64,000 bases of DNA, taken from assembly GCA_005883075.1 (NCBI GenBank), contig VBAX01000049.1, positions 7,064 to 71,063 of the forward strand, read 5' to 3'. The stretch's first letter is position 1; every line of letters begins with the position of its first letter. The position numbers and the translations under genes were made by a program. Below the pieces are notes generated by a model that made no database searches, was not told the origin of the DNA, and worked only from the letters and a program-made list of their open reading frames with translations. Below, one piece after another: positions 9,135 through 17,881 of this stretch. The DNA comes from Candidatus Bathyarchaeota archaeon. Its GTDB lineage: Archaea; Thermoproteota; Bathyarchaeia; 40CM-2-53-6.

Positions 9135-10016
9135 ATGGCGTCGGGTAAGAATCTTTTAACGATAGGCTGGACGGCTTTTCTGAAGCCCTTGCCTGTAGAT
9201 GCAAAGAAACTGAGGATCGGATGCAGCGGCTGGTCCTACCAGGACTGGGTTGGCCCGTTCTATCCGAAAGACGCGAAGCCAGCTGATTATCTCCGCATGT
9301 ATTCGCAAGTCTTCAATGCTGTCGAGATTGATTCAAGCTACTATCGGACACCTTCGCCGTTCATGGTGTCCAATTGGAAACGCGTTACGCCTGAGGGCTT
9401 TCTTTTCACTGCCAAGTTTCCTAAGAAGATCACGCATGAGCTGAAGCTGCGAGACAGTCAGGCCCAGCTCGAACGGTTTTACAAGGCTATGTCCGAGTTG
9501 AGAGAGAAGCTTGGGGCTTTGGTGATCCAGCTTCCGCCGTCGTTCAACTACAAGAAGGATAGAGAGGCGCTGGAGACGTTTCTTGGCCAGACCGACAAAA
9601 AGTACGTGCACGCTATCGAGTTTCGTAACAAGTCATGGTTCAAACCTGACATCTACAAGCTTCTGGAGGCGAACAATATCAGTCTGGCTTGGTCAGAGAA
9701 CCAGTACGCATCAACTCCGCCCCAGGCCACGTCCGACGTAGCCTACCTTCGAATGGTGGGAGACCGTTCAATCACAAATTTTGGAGGGAAGCAACGGGAC
9801 CAGGGTGAAGTCATGCGAAAATGGTATACCGCTCTGGAGGAGAAGTCTAGCTTGTTCAAGCAGGGCTTCATCTTCTTCAACAATCACTTTGCTGGTTTCG
9901 GGCCTGGGTCGGTAAACGAGTTCCGACGGCTCGCAGGACTGGCCGAGCTTGATTGGAAAGAGTTGTCTAGGGAACCAGGACCTTTGCAGAGTAGCATGGC
10001 AGAGTTCCAGAAGTGA
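9135..10016 (+). CDS. DUF72 (UPF0759) family protein
   Basis: 293-aa ORF with the characteristic WSYQDW..FYP, YSQVFNAVEIDSSYYRTPS and IEFRNKSW strings. Confidence 0.85.
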   Translation: MASGKNLLTIGWTAFLKPLPVDAKKLRIGCSGWSYQDWVGPFYPKDAKPADYLRMYSQVFNAVEIDSSYYRTPSPFMVSNWKRVTPEGFLFTAKFPKKITHELKLRDSQAQLERFYKAMSELREKLGALVIQLPPSFNYKKDREALETFLGQTDKKYVHAIEFRNKSWFKPDIYKLLEANNISLAWSENQYASTPPQATSDVAYLRMVGDRSITNFGGKQRDQGEVMRKWYTALEEKSSLFKQGFIFFNNHFAGFGPGSVNEFRRLAGLAELDWKELSREPGPLQSSMAEFQK

Positions 10017-10219
10017 GTCCGTGACCCCCCTGTCTGCCGGATGCGGGTCACAATATTAGTTGCTTAGAGGCGACAGACTCTCTATTTCATGCACCACTTG
10101 AGCCTGAAACCTCAAGCTGGAGTTAGCGCTGTATATCTTGTACGGAACTGGACCCGAAACTGTTAAAAATTCTTCCCCAAGCTACTACCCCTCTACGGAC
10201 TTTCTAGGAGAATAGAATA

Positions 10220-11987
10220 TTGACCGACGAAACCGAAAACAACAATCACGAGACAACGACGAGGAGAAGGGTTTCAAGACGAGACTTTCTCAAGTACGGC
10301 GCAGGCGTGGCAGCTGTAGCCGCCGGAGCCAGCGGCTTACTGGGGAAAATCCCGTCCCTCCCATCACTTACAACGCCCACTTCGATCCACCAAGTCCCGC
10401 CCGACCCAGGCATCGAGGAGGTTACCATAGCACAACTTGAAGCACAATATGCGGCCGGAACATTAACCGCAACCTCCGTCGTGAACATGTACGAGACCCG
10501 GATTAGTGCTCTCGACCAGAGTGGCCCGAGGCTCAACTCGCTTCTTCAAGTGAACCCAGACGCATTGACAATAGCCCACCAGCTCGATGCACAAACCCTT
10601 CCGTTCCCTGGGATACTGCATGGCATACCCATCCTCTTGAAAGATAACATCGATACACACGACCAAATGCAGACAGCAGCAGGCTCACTAGCCCTGGTCG
10701 GGACGCCCGCCCTACAGGATTCAACCATTGCTGCACACCTACGTGCCGCAGGCGCAATAATCTTAGGCAAAACCAATTTGAGCGAGTGGGCAAACTTCCG
10801 CTCGTTCTTCTCATCCAGCGGCTGGTCCGGCCGCGGGGGCCAGTGCAACAACCCCTACGCGATCGACCGCAACCCGTGCGGCTCCAGTTCGGGATCCGGG
10901 GCGGCCGCTTCCGGAAACCTGACCACTGTTTCCATCGGAACTGAGACCGACGGTAGCATCGTCTGCCCAGCGAACGCTAACGGAGTCGTAGGCATCAAAC
11001 CAACTGTTGGCCTTGTTAGCCGAGCCGGCGTCATTCCCATCTCGCACACACAGGACACTGTCGGACCCCACGCTCGAACAGTTGCCGACGCAGCAACCGT
11101 ATTGACCGCTATTGTGCAGAGAACTCCCGACCCGCGCGACCCTGCTACCAGCACTAGCCCGCTCGGCATGCTCGGCCAACCAAGACCTGTTCTGCCGGCT
11201 GACTATCGGGCATTCTTGAACCCCAAAGGCCTCCGGGGCGCCAGAATAGGAGTTGTTCGAGACTTCGAAGGGTTCAGCCCCCATGCCGATGCAATCTTCG
11301 ACTCAGCAGTTACCGCGATTGGGAGTGCGGGAGCGACCCTGATAGACCCGGTATCCTTCCCGCACCTTGCCGATATCAACAGCGGCCTTGCAGAGTTCAC
11401 AGTGCTTCTCTTCGACTTCAAGATAGACATCGCAAACTATCTCAAGACCCGAACAGGCGTACCTATCGCCAGCCCAACCCTTCAAGCCCTAATCGACTTC
11501 AACAACGCCAACGCCACCCAAGAGATGCCATTCTTCGCACAGGAAATATTCGATCTGGCAAACATGTTCAGTTCGGACCCGAACGCCATACAACCCCTCG
11601 GCTTGTCATACAACGACTCGCTAGCCATTGACCAGAAGATTGGAGCGACTAATCGCAGGGACCGACAGCCCAGCATGGCCCACGGACCTAATCAATGGGG
11701 ACCATTTCACGTTCGGAACCTCGTCGCCGTGTGCTATCGCAGGCTATCCTATCATCAACGTCCCAGCGGGCATGAGCTTCGGCGTCCCAGTCGGCATCTC
11801 TTTCATGGGCACCGCTTTCAGCGAACCCACACTCATCAAGCTCGCCTCAGGCTTCGAAGCCGTCACACAGGCACGGCAGAAGCCACAGTTCCTGCAGACC
11901 CTACCGTTCAGCGGCCCATCACCGTTCAAAGTGAGAGGACGCGGACTCCTTCCGAAAAGAAATACCCCACTAGTCAGCGGACTTTAA
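10220..11987 (+). pseudogene. amidase-signature family amidase with twin-arginine signal, disrupted by a +1 frameshift near 11625-11645
   Basis: The N-terminus has RRRVSRRDFLKYGAGVAAVAAGA (Tat motif). The AS signature is CGSSSGSGAAAS, with GTETDGSIVCPA. After about residue 470 the 613-aa frame becomes Arg/His/Pro-rich nonsense. The conserved C-terminus (PAWPTDLINGDHF..SSPCAIAGYPIINVPAG..GVPVGISFMGTAFSEPTLIKLA) lies in the +1 frame, ORF 11628..11987. Confidence 0.8.
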
Positions 11988-12149
11988 CCACTCGTTCACC
12001 AACCCCTTTTTTCTATTGCCAACCAGCGGAGCTCATCGAGACTATCCAGTCATCGGCATAACTTCTCTGCTCGCTTCCAAACAGACGCGTCGAAGTGGAG
12101 AGAGCTGATATAGTCCGGACATGGATCTCTCTGAAAGAGTCGTGAGCAA

Positions 12150-12494
12150 TTGTTCTCCGAGAAAGAATTGGCCTACCTGAAATCTCAGCCACTGGCTAGA
12201 ATCGGGACCTCGTCCAAATCCGGAAGGCCGGATGTTGCCGCGGTCAGCTTCGACACCGACGGCGACTATATCTACGTGAGCGGCCGGGACGTCACGAACA
12301 CCATGAAGTACAAGAATGTCCTGGAGAACCCTAGAGCCTCGTTCGTTGTTGACGATCTGAAGACGATGAAACCTTGGGCTCCGCGGGGGATTAAGTTACA
12401 AGGAAAAGCTGACATCGTCAAGCATACTGGGTACATGGGTCCTGGAACTTACATTCGAATAAAGCCTGTGAATAAACGAAGCTGGAATATCTAG
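12150..12494 (+). CDS. PPOX-class (pyridoxamine 5'-phosphate oxidase-like, probably F420/FMN-binding) protein
   Basis: 114-aa ORF with TTG start: LAYLKSQPLARIGTSSKSGRPDVAAVSF..DGDYIYVSG..KYKNVLENPRASFVVDD, the split-barrel PPOX pattern. Confidence 0.75.
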   Translation: MFSEKELAYLKSQPLARIGTSSKSGRPDVAAVSFDTDGDYIYVSGRDVTNTMKYKNVLENPRASFVVDDLKTMKPWAPRGIKLQGKADIVKHTGYMGPGTYIRIKPVNKRSWNI

Positions 12495-12607
12495 CAGCTC
12501 GTTCTCAATTTTCCAACATGGCGTGCAGACTGCGAGTGTGAGATTCCAGTCTTGATAAGCTGAAAGAGAAGAAAAACGAGGGGATTTCTTGGGGTTCGTC
12601 TGTGCTC

Positions 12608-14503
12608 TTATGCGAGGCTGACTGAGCCTATTTCTAGGAGGTCTGAGAGACTGTTCATTTGGACCTTGTTGTTTGAGATGGTGTATAGCACATTTCCAAT
12701 GTAAAGCGTTTTGGTGATGAAGAGGTTGTTGTCTTGCCACGTCGGTAGTTGGCCGTTTTGCAGGTGTGTAATTCCGCCCTTGAAGATGATGCCGTTGTCC
12801 GGTGTGATGTTGAAGACATAGGCTCCTTGCCAGACCGGCTGGTACGAGTACAAGTACGTTGTATCTTGGGGTTGTGCGGTTATCTCGACTGGAATCACGA
12901 GGAGGCTGAGTGTCTTGTCGAAGAGGACTGCTTTGTGGTCGTTGATTGCCGGTGAGCTTGTTCCGGGACCGCCGATCAAGTATCTGCTAGTCTCCGTTGG
13001 CTGTTTGGGGTCTGTGACATTGAAGAGGCTGATCTTGAGACCTGTGAACCGGACCGCATTCTCCCATGCTACATCAGTGCCCGCCTGGCCGATGCCGACA
13101 AGATGCATCTCATCGTACGGTTGTAGGTAATCTGAGACGCCTGTTACGTCGAGCTGGCCGAGCACCGCGGGCCGAAAGGGGTCTTGTAGAGCGATGACAA
13201 AGAGCGGGTCCGTCCGCTTGTATGTAACAAGGTAGGCTTTGTCGCCCACGAACCGAGCAGAATAGATCTGCTCGCCTGGCGATAGCCCCTCTAGCTTTCC
13301 GGTACTGTGGAGGCTCCTGTCGAGAACATACACGTTTGTCTCCTGCTGGCTGACTGGCGCGTGTGCGAGTGGCATGGGACCGCCGCTCTGGCTACAGCAG
13401 TAGGTCGTTGCAATCCGAAGATATCCGTTGTACTCGTCCATGGAGAACTGGTTGAGAACGTGTCCGGGTACCGCTCCCGTAGCCTGATAGGTGATCGCGA
13501 GACCGTCGATGCTGATACGGTGCAATATCGTCTGCTGGCTCTGGCTCCATATCGGCTGTGTGAGATAGATGTCGTGCAGAGAAACATAGATTGTGCTCGT
13601 GGTTCCGATCAGATAGATCTTCGCGGAAGGACTGGGGTTGTTCCGTGTCGTGTCGAATCCTACGATGGTTGTGAAGCTGTAGCCTTGGTCGACAACGTCC
13701 GAGTGATAGACTTGTGTGGGCGTGGCCTTTACCACTTGGCCATTGACGATTTGCTCTGGGAGCAATATCTTGCCGTAGCAGAAGACTGGCTGTGTTGTGA
13801 CAAGGTAGACGTCGTTTCCGATTAGACGAGCACCGGCCAAGGTCCCGTTTACGTCAACCCTTGTTGTGATCATCGGGTTGGCGTGGTTGCTGATGTCAAA
13901 TACGAAGAGTGTGGTGGTCCCTGAGAATTGAATAGGGTATATCTTCGCAATGTTGCCGGGTTGAGAAGCACCTGTGCCTAGTGCAGGAAGCGGTGCGCCT
14001 CCGCTATAGTACGGATATGAGTATCCTGAAATCTCGCTTACGATGACAAGCCTGTTGCCGACCACAAATATTCCTTGCAAAGTCCCACTAACACTTACTC
14101 TGGAGAGAAGTCTGGCATCTGTTGCCGGATAAATTTGGACGATGGCGACGGTGTTGTTTGTTATCGTGTAGATATACTGGCCGTCGTTCTTGACATTGTC
14201 GAGTTCATCAACGCCAGACACCTGCTGATTCGTTTCAGAATGGGTGGGACTTTGGCTTGAAGCACTGTTCGAATTGGCGCCGAAGACTGATGTTGTTGGG
14301 CCGGGAGTAAGAGCGCCCCGATTGTAGAGCACAGGGGTCGAGCTACTGCAGCCGCTCGTGCGAATGAATGCTTGAACGTCTTGGTATGAGGTGAACGGGA
14401 TCAGCGCATGGGCTGTCGGAGTTGTGAGGTAGACTGAGACTGGGATGAGGGTGAGGCTGCTGAGGATGAGTAGGTATGCCACTGTTGCTCTGCGGGGTAT
14501 CAT
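12608..14503 (-). CDS. secreted beta-propeller domain protein (Pfam Beta_propel-like)
   Basis: 631-aa ORF with an N-terminal signal/TM (VAYLLILSSLTLIPVSVYL). The hallmark QQVSGVDELDNVKNDGQYIYTITNNTVAIVQ is followed by repeated beta-rich blades. Confidence 0.75.
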   Translation of the reverse strand: MIPRRATVAYLLILSSLTLIPVSVYLTTPTAHALIPFTSYQDVQAFIRTSGCSSSTPVLYNRGALTPGPTTSVFGANSNSASSQSPTHSETNQQVSGVDELDNVKNDGQYIYTITNNTVAIVQIYPATDARLLSRVSVSGTLQGIFVVGNRLVIVSEISGYSYPYYSGGAPLPALGTGASQPGNIAKIYPIQFSGTTTLFVFDISNHANPMITTRVDVNGTLAGARLIGNDVYLVTTQPVFCYGKILLPEQIVNGQVVKATPTQVYHSDVVDQGYSFTTIVGFDTTRNNPSPSAKIYLIGTTSTIYVSLHDIYLTQPIWSQSQQTILHRISIDGLAITYQATGAVPGHVLNQFSMDEYNGYLRIATTYCCSQSGGPMPLAHAPVSQQETNVYVLDRSLHSTGKLEGLSPGEQIYSARFVGDKAYLVTYKRTDPLFVIALQDPFRPAVLGQLDVTGVSDYLQPYDEMHLVGIGQAGTDVAWENAVRFTGLKISLFNVTDPKQPTETSRYLIGGPGTSSPAINDHKAVLFDKTLSLLVIPVEITAQPQDTTYLYSYQPVWQGAYVFNITPDNGIIFKGGITHLQNGQLPTWQDNNLFITKTLYIGNVLYTISNNKVQMNSLSDLLEIGSVSLA

Positions 14504-14648
14504 ACTTGTTCGTCATATGGCAGGGTGACGCGTTGGCTTAATCCCAGTGTTTAGAACATGGTGTTCGGAAATCTGAACGCCCTCGTTGTTGACGGGTAAG
14601 CTTGTATTGAACCAAGGAGTTCCCTCACGATCTGGAGATTGAGTACTC

Positions 14649-15095
14649 TTGGCAGAGGAACGGGAGAAAGTTATCGAGTCCGAGTTGAAGGGCGTGACTT
14701 TGCGTGTCTACTGGCACATTCTCGGATCAAAGAAACAGGTTGTCGGCGTCAGACCCGTCCAAAGGGCCTTGGGGTTGAGCAGTCCGAGTGTCGCTTTGCA
14801 TCATCTAGAGAAGTTGAGGGTTCTGGGCCTATTGGAGAAGGACTCGACTGGGGAATATCATCTGATCGAGCAGGTGAAGGTCGGGGTCTTGCAGAACTTT
14901 GTCGGAGTCTTGGGATTCATGCTTCCGCGATACTTGTTCTATTCGACCATGTTCACGGTGATGCTTGCCCTCTATCCGATTATTTACAAGCCAGATTTCT
15001 CCACGCACAATATCATGGCATTTGTCTTTGGCATATCTGCGGTTGCGGTCTCGTGGAGTGAGACTTGGCGAGCGTGGAGGTTGAAGCCGTTCTGA
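14649..15095 (+). CDS. winged-helix DNA-binding protein with C-terminal transmembrane helices
   Basis: 148-aa ORF. VRPVQRALGLSSPSVALHHLEKLRVLGLLEKDSTGEYHL is a wHTH pattern. Two hydrophobic helices follow. Confidence 0.6.
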   Translation: MAEEREKVIESELKGVTLRVYWHILGSKKQVVGVRPVQRALGLSSPSVALHHLEKLRVLGLLEKDSTGEYHLIEQVKVGVLQNFVGVLGFMLPRYLFYSTMFTVMLALYPIIYKPDFSTHNIMAFVFGISAVAVSWSETWRAWRLKPF

Positions 15096-15176
15096 TAGCG
15101 GATCGGGTTGTTCTAAGCTGTGGGATTATGCGGAGCCTAGGCCTATGAGTATCATGGAAGTAGCGCAGGAGAGAGC

Positions 15177-15509
15177 TTGACATTGAGACTCGGGAGAAGA
15201 GCCAGAGCTGGACTCAGTCTGACGCTGGCCGTACTGATCGGTTTCGGGCTCGTCATTCTTCCCGGGATTCTCACACCGTCGACTCAGACTTCGACTACAT
15301 CCGGATCCAATTCTAGGGAGACTTTCTCAGGTCAGTCAACGCAGCCGGGTAACCTAGGCAATCAGTCCACAGGGGGCTCAATCGGTACTACAGTGGGTTC
15401 AAAGCTGATCCTCGTCAGCCTGGTTCTGTTTCCTGCTATCGCCCTGTCCTTTCTGGCACGACATTGGACCTTGAAACAGGCGAAAGAACGCCTAGGTTTA
15501 GAAAATTAG
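15177..15509 (+). CDS. small membrane protein (2 TM, Ser/Thr-rich loop)
   Basis: 110-aa ORF with TTG start. Hydrophobic segments LSLTLAVLIGFGLVILPGIL and LILVSLVLFPAIALSFLA. No family recognised. Confidence 0.45.
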   Translation: MTLRLGRRARAGLSLTLAVLIGFGLVILPGILTPSTQTSTTSGSNSRETFSGQSTQPGNLGNQSTGGSIGTTVGSKLILVSLVLFPAIALSFLARHWTLKQAKERLGLEN

Positions 15510-15661
15510 TTCAGCCGTTTGGTTCTGGCGCACTCGGGACATATGGGAATGTTTGCGTAGAGGTTGGTGGTTGGTTTTCCGCAGAATCTGCACGCTTGGG
15601 CAATGGTCTCGGTGGGTGTGTGTGACCTTTTCTCTTCCTTGTCGATCTCTTGGCTCAACAC
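15506..15661 (-). CDS. possible small zinc-ribbon protein (about 50 aa, GTG/TTG start)
   Basis: Hand-translated minus frame gives (V)LSQEIDKEEKRSHTPTETIAQACRFCGKPTTNLYANIPICPECARTKRLN*, with CxxC...CxxC. This is a different frame from the listed 78-aa ORF 15498..15734. Confidence 0.3.
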   Translation of the reverse strand: MLSQEIDKEEKRSHTPTETIAQACRFCGKPTTNLYANIPICPECARTKRLN

Positions 15662-15798
15662 TCTGGGCTTCCAAGCCGATTATTTGGCCGTCGTAACGTA
15701 AAAATCGCATGTGTACAAATGAACACTTGATCATACTATTTTTTCCTAGAAATGATGTTACGGTTCATGCTTGGAGGTTAAGGGAGACAGGTGATGGC

Positions 15799-15876
15799 CC
15801 GTGAAGGGCGGGGCGCGGGAAAATCGACCACCCCGGGGTCACCATGAAAAAGAATGTTTGGGAAAAAAGTTACACC
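15799..15876 (+). repeat. dispersed intergenic repeat family 1, copy B
   Basis: CCGTGAAGGGCGGGGCGCGGGAAAATCGACCACCCCGGGGTCACCATGAAAAAGAATG..GGAAAAAAGTTACACC aligns with the reverse complement of 4269..4347. The spurious ORFs over both copies share KGGARE(K/N)RPP. Confidence 0.6.
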
Positions 15877-16064
15877 AGATTAGGATTGGTGTTCGTAAAA
15901 CAGTGAGATGTGGCCTTCGTATGCTTGCTTGGGTAGGGTACGTCTGCCCGCTAAACGGGGTTGTCCGAAGAACAGCAGGGTAACTCTCTTCTTGAGCTCT
16001 CACGGTTACAATTCCGTTTTGTGCAAGCAGAATCGATTTCTCCACAATACTAGTAGTTGATGAA

Positions 16065-16817
16065 ATGTCGTCAAGGCCTCTGCTACTTCTCGGCAATATA
16101 GCCGCGATAATCGTGACCATAGCCGCCTTTCTCCAGGCACTATCATGGCCCATCGCGGGCGTGCTAATACTTGTCTCTCTCGTATTTCCATTGCTGGCCA
16201 ACATCAGCCCGCCTAGAGGATCTATGACTTCAGACCCGGCTTCGAAGATTCCAGTGACAACTCGTCGATCACAAATTGAGACCAAGACTTCTCAACATCG
16301 GCCCCCTGAGAAACACACCACTCCAAACTATCAATCGTCGACAAAAATCGATCAAAGACCATCACCGAAACCGGAGTCAGTCAGAACACTCGGACCGAAA
16401 GCTAGCCCTAAACTAACCGCTTCTACGATCACCGCACCCAAACCTGGGGTACCAAATGTTGAATCCACCCCAAGACCCCCGGCTGCAAAGCTGGGACCTG
16501 ATTTCAACCCGACAATTGCCAAGGGCGACTATACAGAGTACGAGGTTGAACTAGACGCAGGAAAGGATTTCACAGGCGAGGTCACGGCGTCTGGACTCGT
16601 CAATGTCTATCTCCTTGATGACGATAATCTGGACAACCTAGATCAGGGCGAAGAATTCTGGAGCGAGACAGGCGAGGAAGGCGTTGAAAATGTGAAACTG
16701 GAATTTACGCCACCCTCGAAGGGAAAATGGTTCTTCGTCGTGGAGAATGCAGACGATCGCGCCGTCTCTGTCACCGTGAAGATTCAGAAGGGAACGGCTT
16801 CCCCAGTGCCGGCCTAA
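16065..16817 (+). CDS. membrane-anchored protein with Pro/Thr/Ser-rich linker and C-terminal beta-rich domain
   Basis: 250-aa ORF with N-terminal TM helices and a PT-rich stretch (TSQHRPPEKHTTPNYQSSTKIDQRPSPKPES...). The C-terminal domain reads DYTEYEVELDAGKDFTGEVTASGLVNVYLLDDD..GKWFFVVENADDRAVSVTVKIQ. Confidence 0.6.
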   Translation: MSSRPLLLLGNIAAIIVTIAAFLQALSWPIAGVLILVSLVFPLLANISPPRGSMTSDPASKIPVTTRRSQIETKTSQHRPPEKHTTPNYQSSTKIDQRPSPKPESVRTLGPKASPKLTASTITAPKPGVPNVESTPRPPAAKLGPDFNPTIAKGDYTEYEVELDAGKDFTGEVTASGLVNVYLLDDDNLDNLDQGEEFWSETGEEGVENVKLEFTPPSKGKWFFVVENADDRAVSVTVKIQKGTASPVPA

Positions 16818-16966
16818 GTAAGGCATGTCCACCAGCTGAAAGGAGATCGGCTTACTCCGAGGTTTCTATGAACATCCCTCTCTATCCACGGCTGTCGCCG
16901 AGGCTGATTTCTGGAAAAGTCATAAATCCTGATGCAGAAAGATACGAGAGCCACGGAGGTTTTAGT

Positions 16967-17539
16967 TTGAAAAAAATGTTGTCGATTGCTCTTCTCGTCT
17001 CTCTAGCGATCTTCGTAGTCACGGTCCAAGTAGCTCCCGCGCTTGCCGAACATCAAGGGCTTGAAACGTCAGACGAACACAATGAAATCCAGCAGGTTAC
17101 ATTCCACATCGATCTTACCGGGAGCCAGCAAGTAGGGCCGGTAACTACTGACGCATTTGGACTGGCGATGGTCAGGCTCATTGACAATGGCACCGCAATA
17201 TCGTTCCGAGTGATAGTATGCGACATCATCAACGTTACCGCCTCGCACATCCATGTCGGCGCGGCAGGAACGAATGGACCTGTTATCATTCCCTTCTTCC
17301 ATGGCCTCTTCTCGTCGCCACACGGATGCAAGACCCTCGCCGAAGGAACCAGGACAGCCGCAGACCTCAACACCCAAGCCAGCCCATCGATTACCAGCTG
17401 GAACGACTTCGTCAAAGCTCTCCTCGCGGGCAACACCTACGTCAACGTCCACACCACAGCGAACCCGGGTGGTGAGATCAGGGGCCAGCTAGTACACGAG
17501 CACGAGAGCGAGAACGAGAACGACCAAGGCGACGATTAA
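16967..17539 (+). CDS. secreted CHRD domain protein
   Basis: CHRD pattern: TASHIHVGAAGTNGPVIIPF ... NTYVNVHTTANPGGEIRGQL. The likely start is TTG 16967 or ATG 16976 (MKKMLSIALLVSLAIFVVTVQVAPALA signal), preceded by GGAGGT. The 16727 start in the track overlaps the upstream gene. Confidence 0.8.
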   Translation: MKKMLSIALLVSLAIFVVTVQVAPALAEHQGLETSDEHNEIQQVTFHIDLTGSQQVGPVTTDAFGLAMVRLIDNGTAISFRVIVCDIINVTASHIHVGAAGTNGPVIIPFFHGLFSSPHGCKTLAEGTRTAADLNTQASPSITSWNDFVKALLAGNTYVNVHTTANPGGEIRGQLVHEHESENENDQGDD

Positions 17540-17603
17540 CCCTCGGGACCCACTTCGCCGACTATCCCCTTTTTCTTGCAGGCCTAATTCACCAGCCCTG
17601 CGT

Positions 17604-17867
17604 TCAGCCTAGTTTTTCCTGTCCGTACTTTGTCAGGGTCCACCTGTTTCCCCGTCCAACAGCTGCGGAAGAGACGACTCTTTGTTTGAGAAGAAGTTTC
17701 AGGTGATGGCCCACGCAGCTCTCAGTGAGACCAGCTTTCTCGCTAATTTCGATGACTCGTGTTTTTCCCTTCTCCATGGCTTCGATGATTTTGGATCTGG
17801 ACGCTAGTCCTCGGTTGACGTTTCTCATTCCGGAAATGTAGGCTCGTGGGTGGTAGGGCGGTCTCAC
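17604..17867 (-). CDS. small ArsR/winged-helix transcriptional regulator
   Basis: 87-aa ORF with SKIIEAMEKGKTRVIEISEKAGLTESCVGHHLKLLLKQRVV..GRGNRWTLTKYG. An alternative start is the Met at 17828. Confidence 0.7.
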   Translation of the reverse strand: MRPPYHPRAYISGMRNVNRGLASRSKIIEAMEKGKTRVIEISEKAGLTESCVGHHLKLLLKQRVVSSAAVGRGNRWTLTKYGQEKLG

Positions 17868-17881
17868 GCTTGTCGCCCTTT

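Noticed and set aside
10220-12061. The 613-aa ORF taken at face value as an intact long amidase.
   Set aside because: Its last 140 or so residues are compositionally aberrant, while the conserved amidase C-terminus sits in the +1 frame (11628..11987). I treated it as a frameshifted gene instead.
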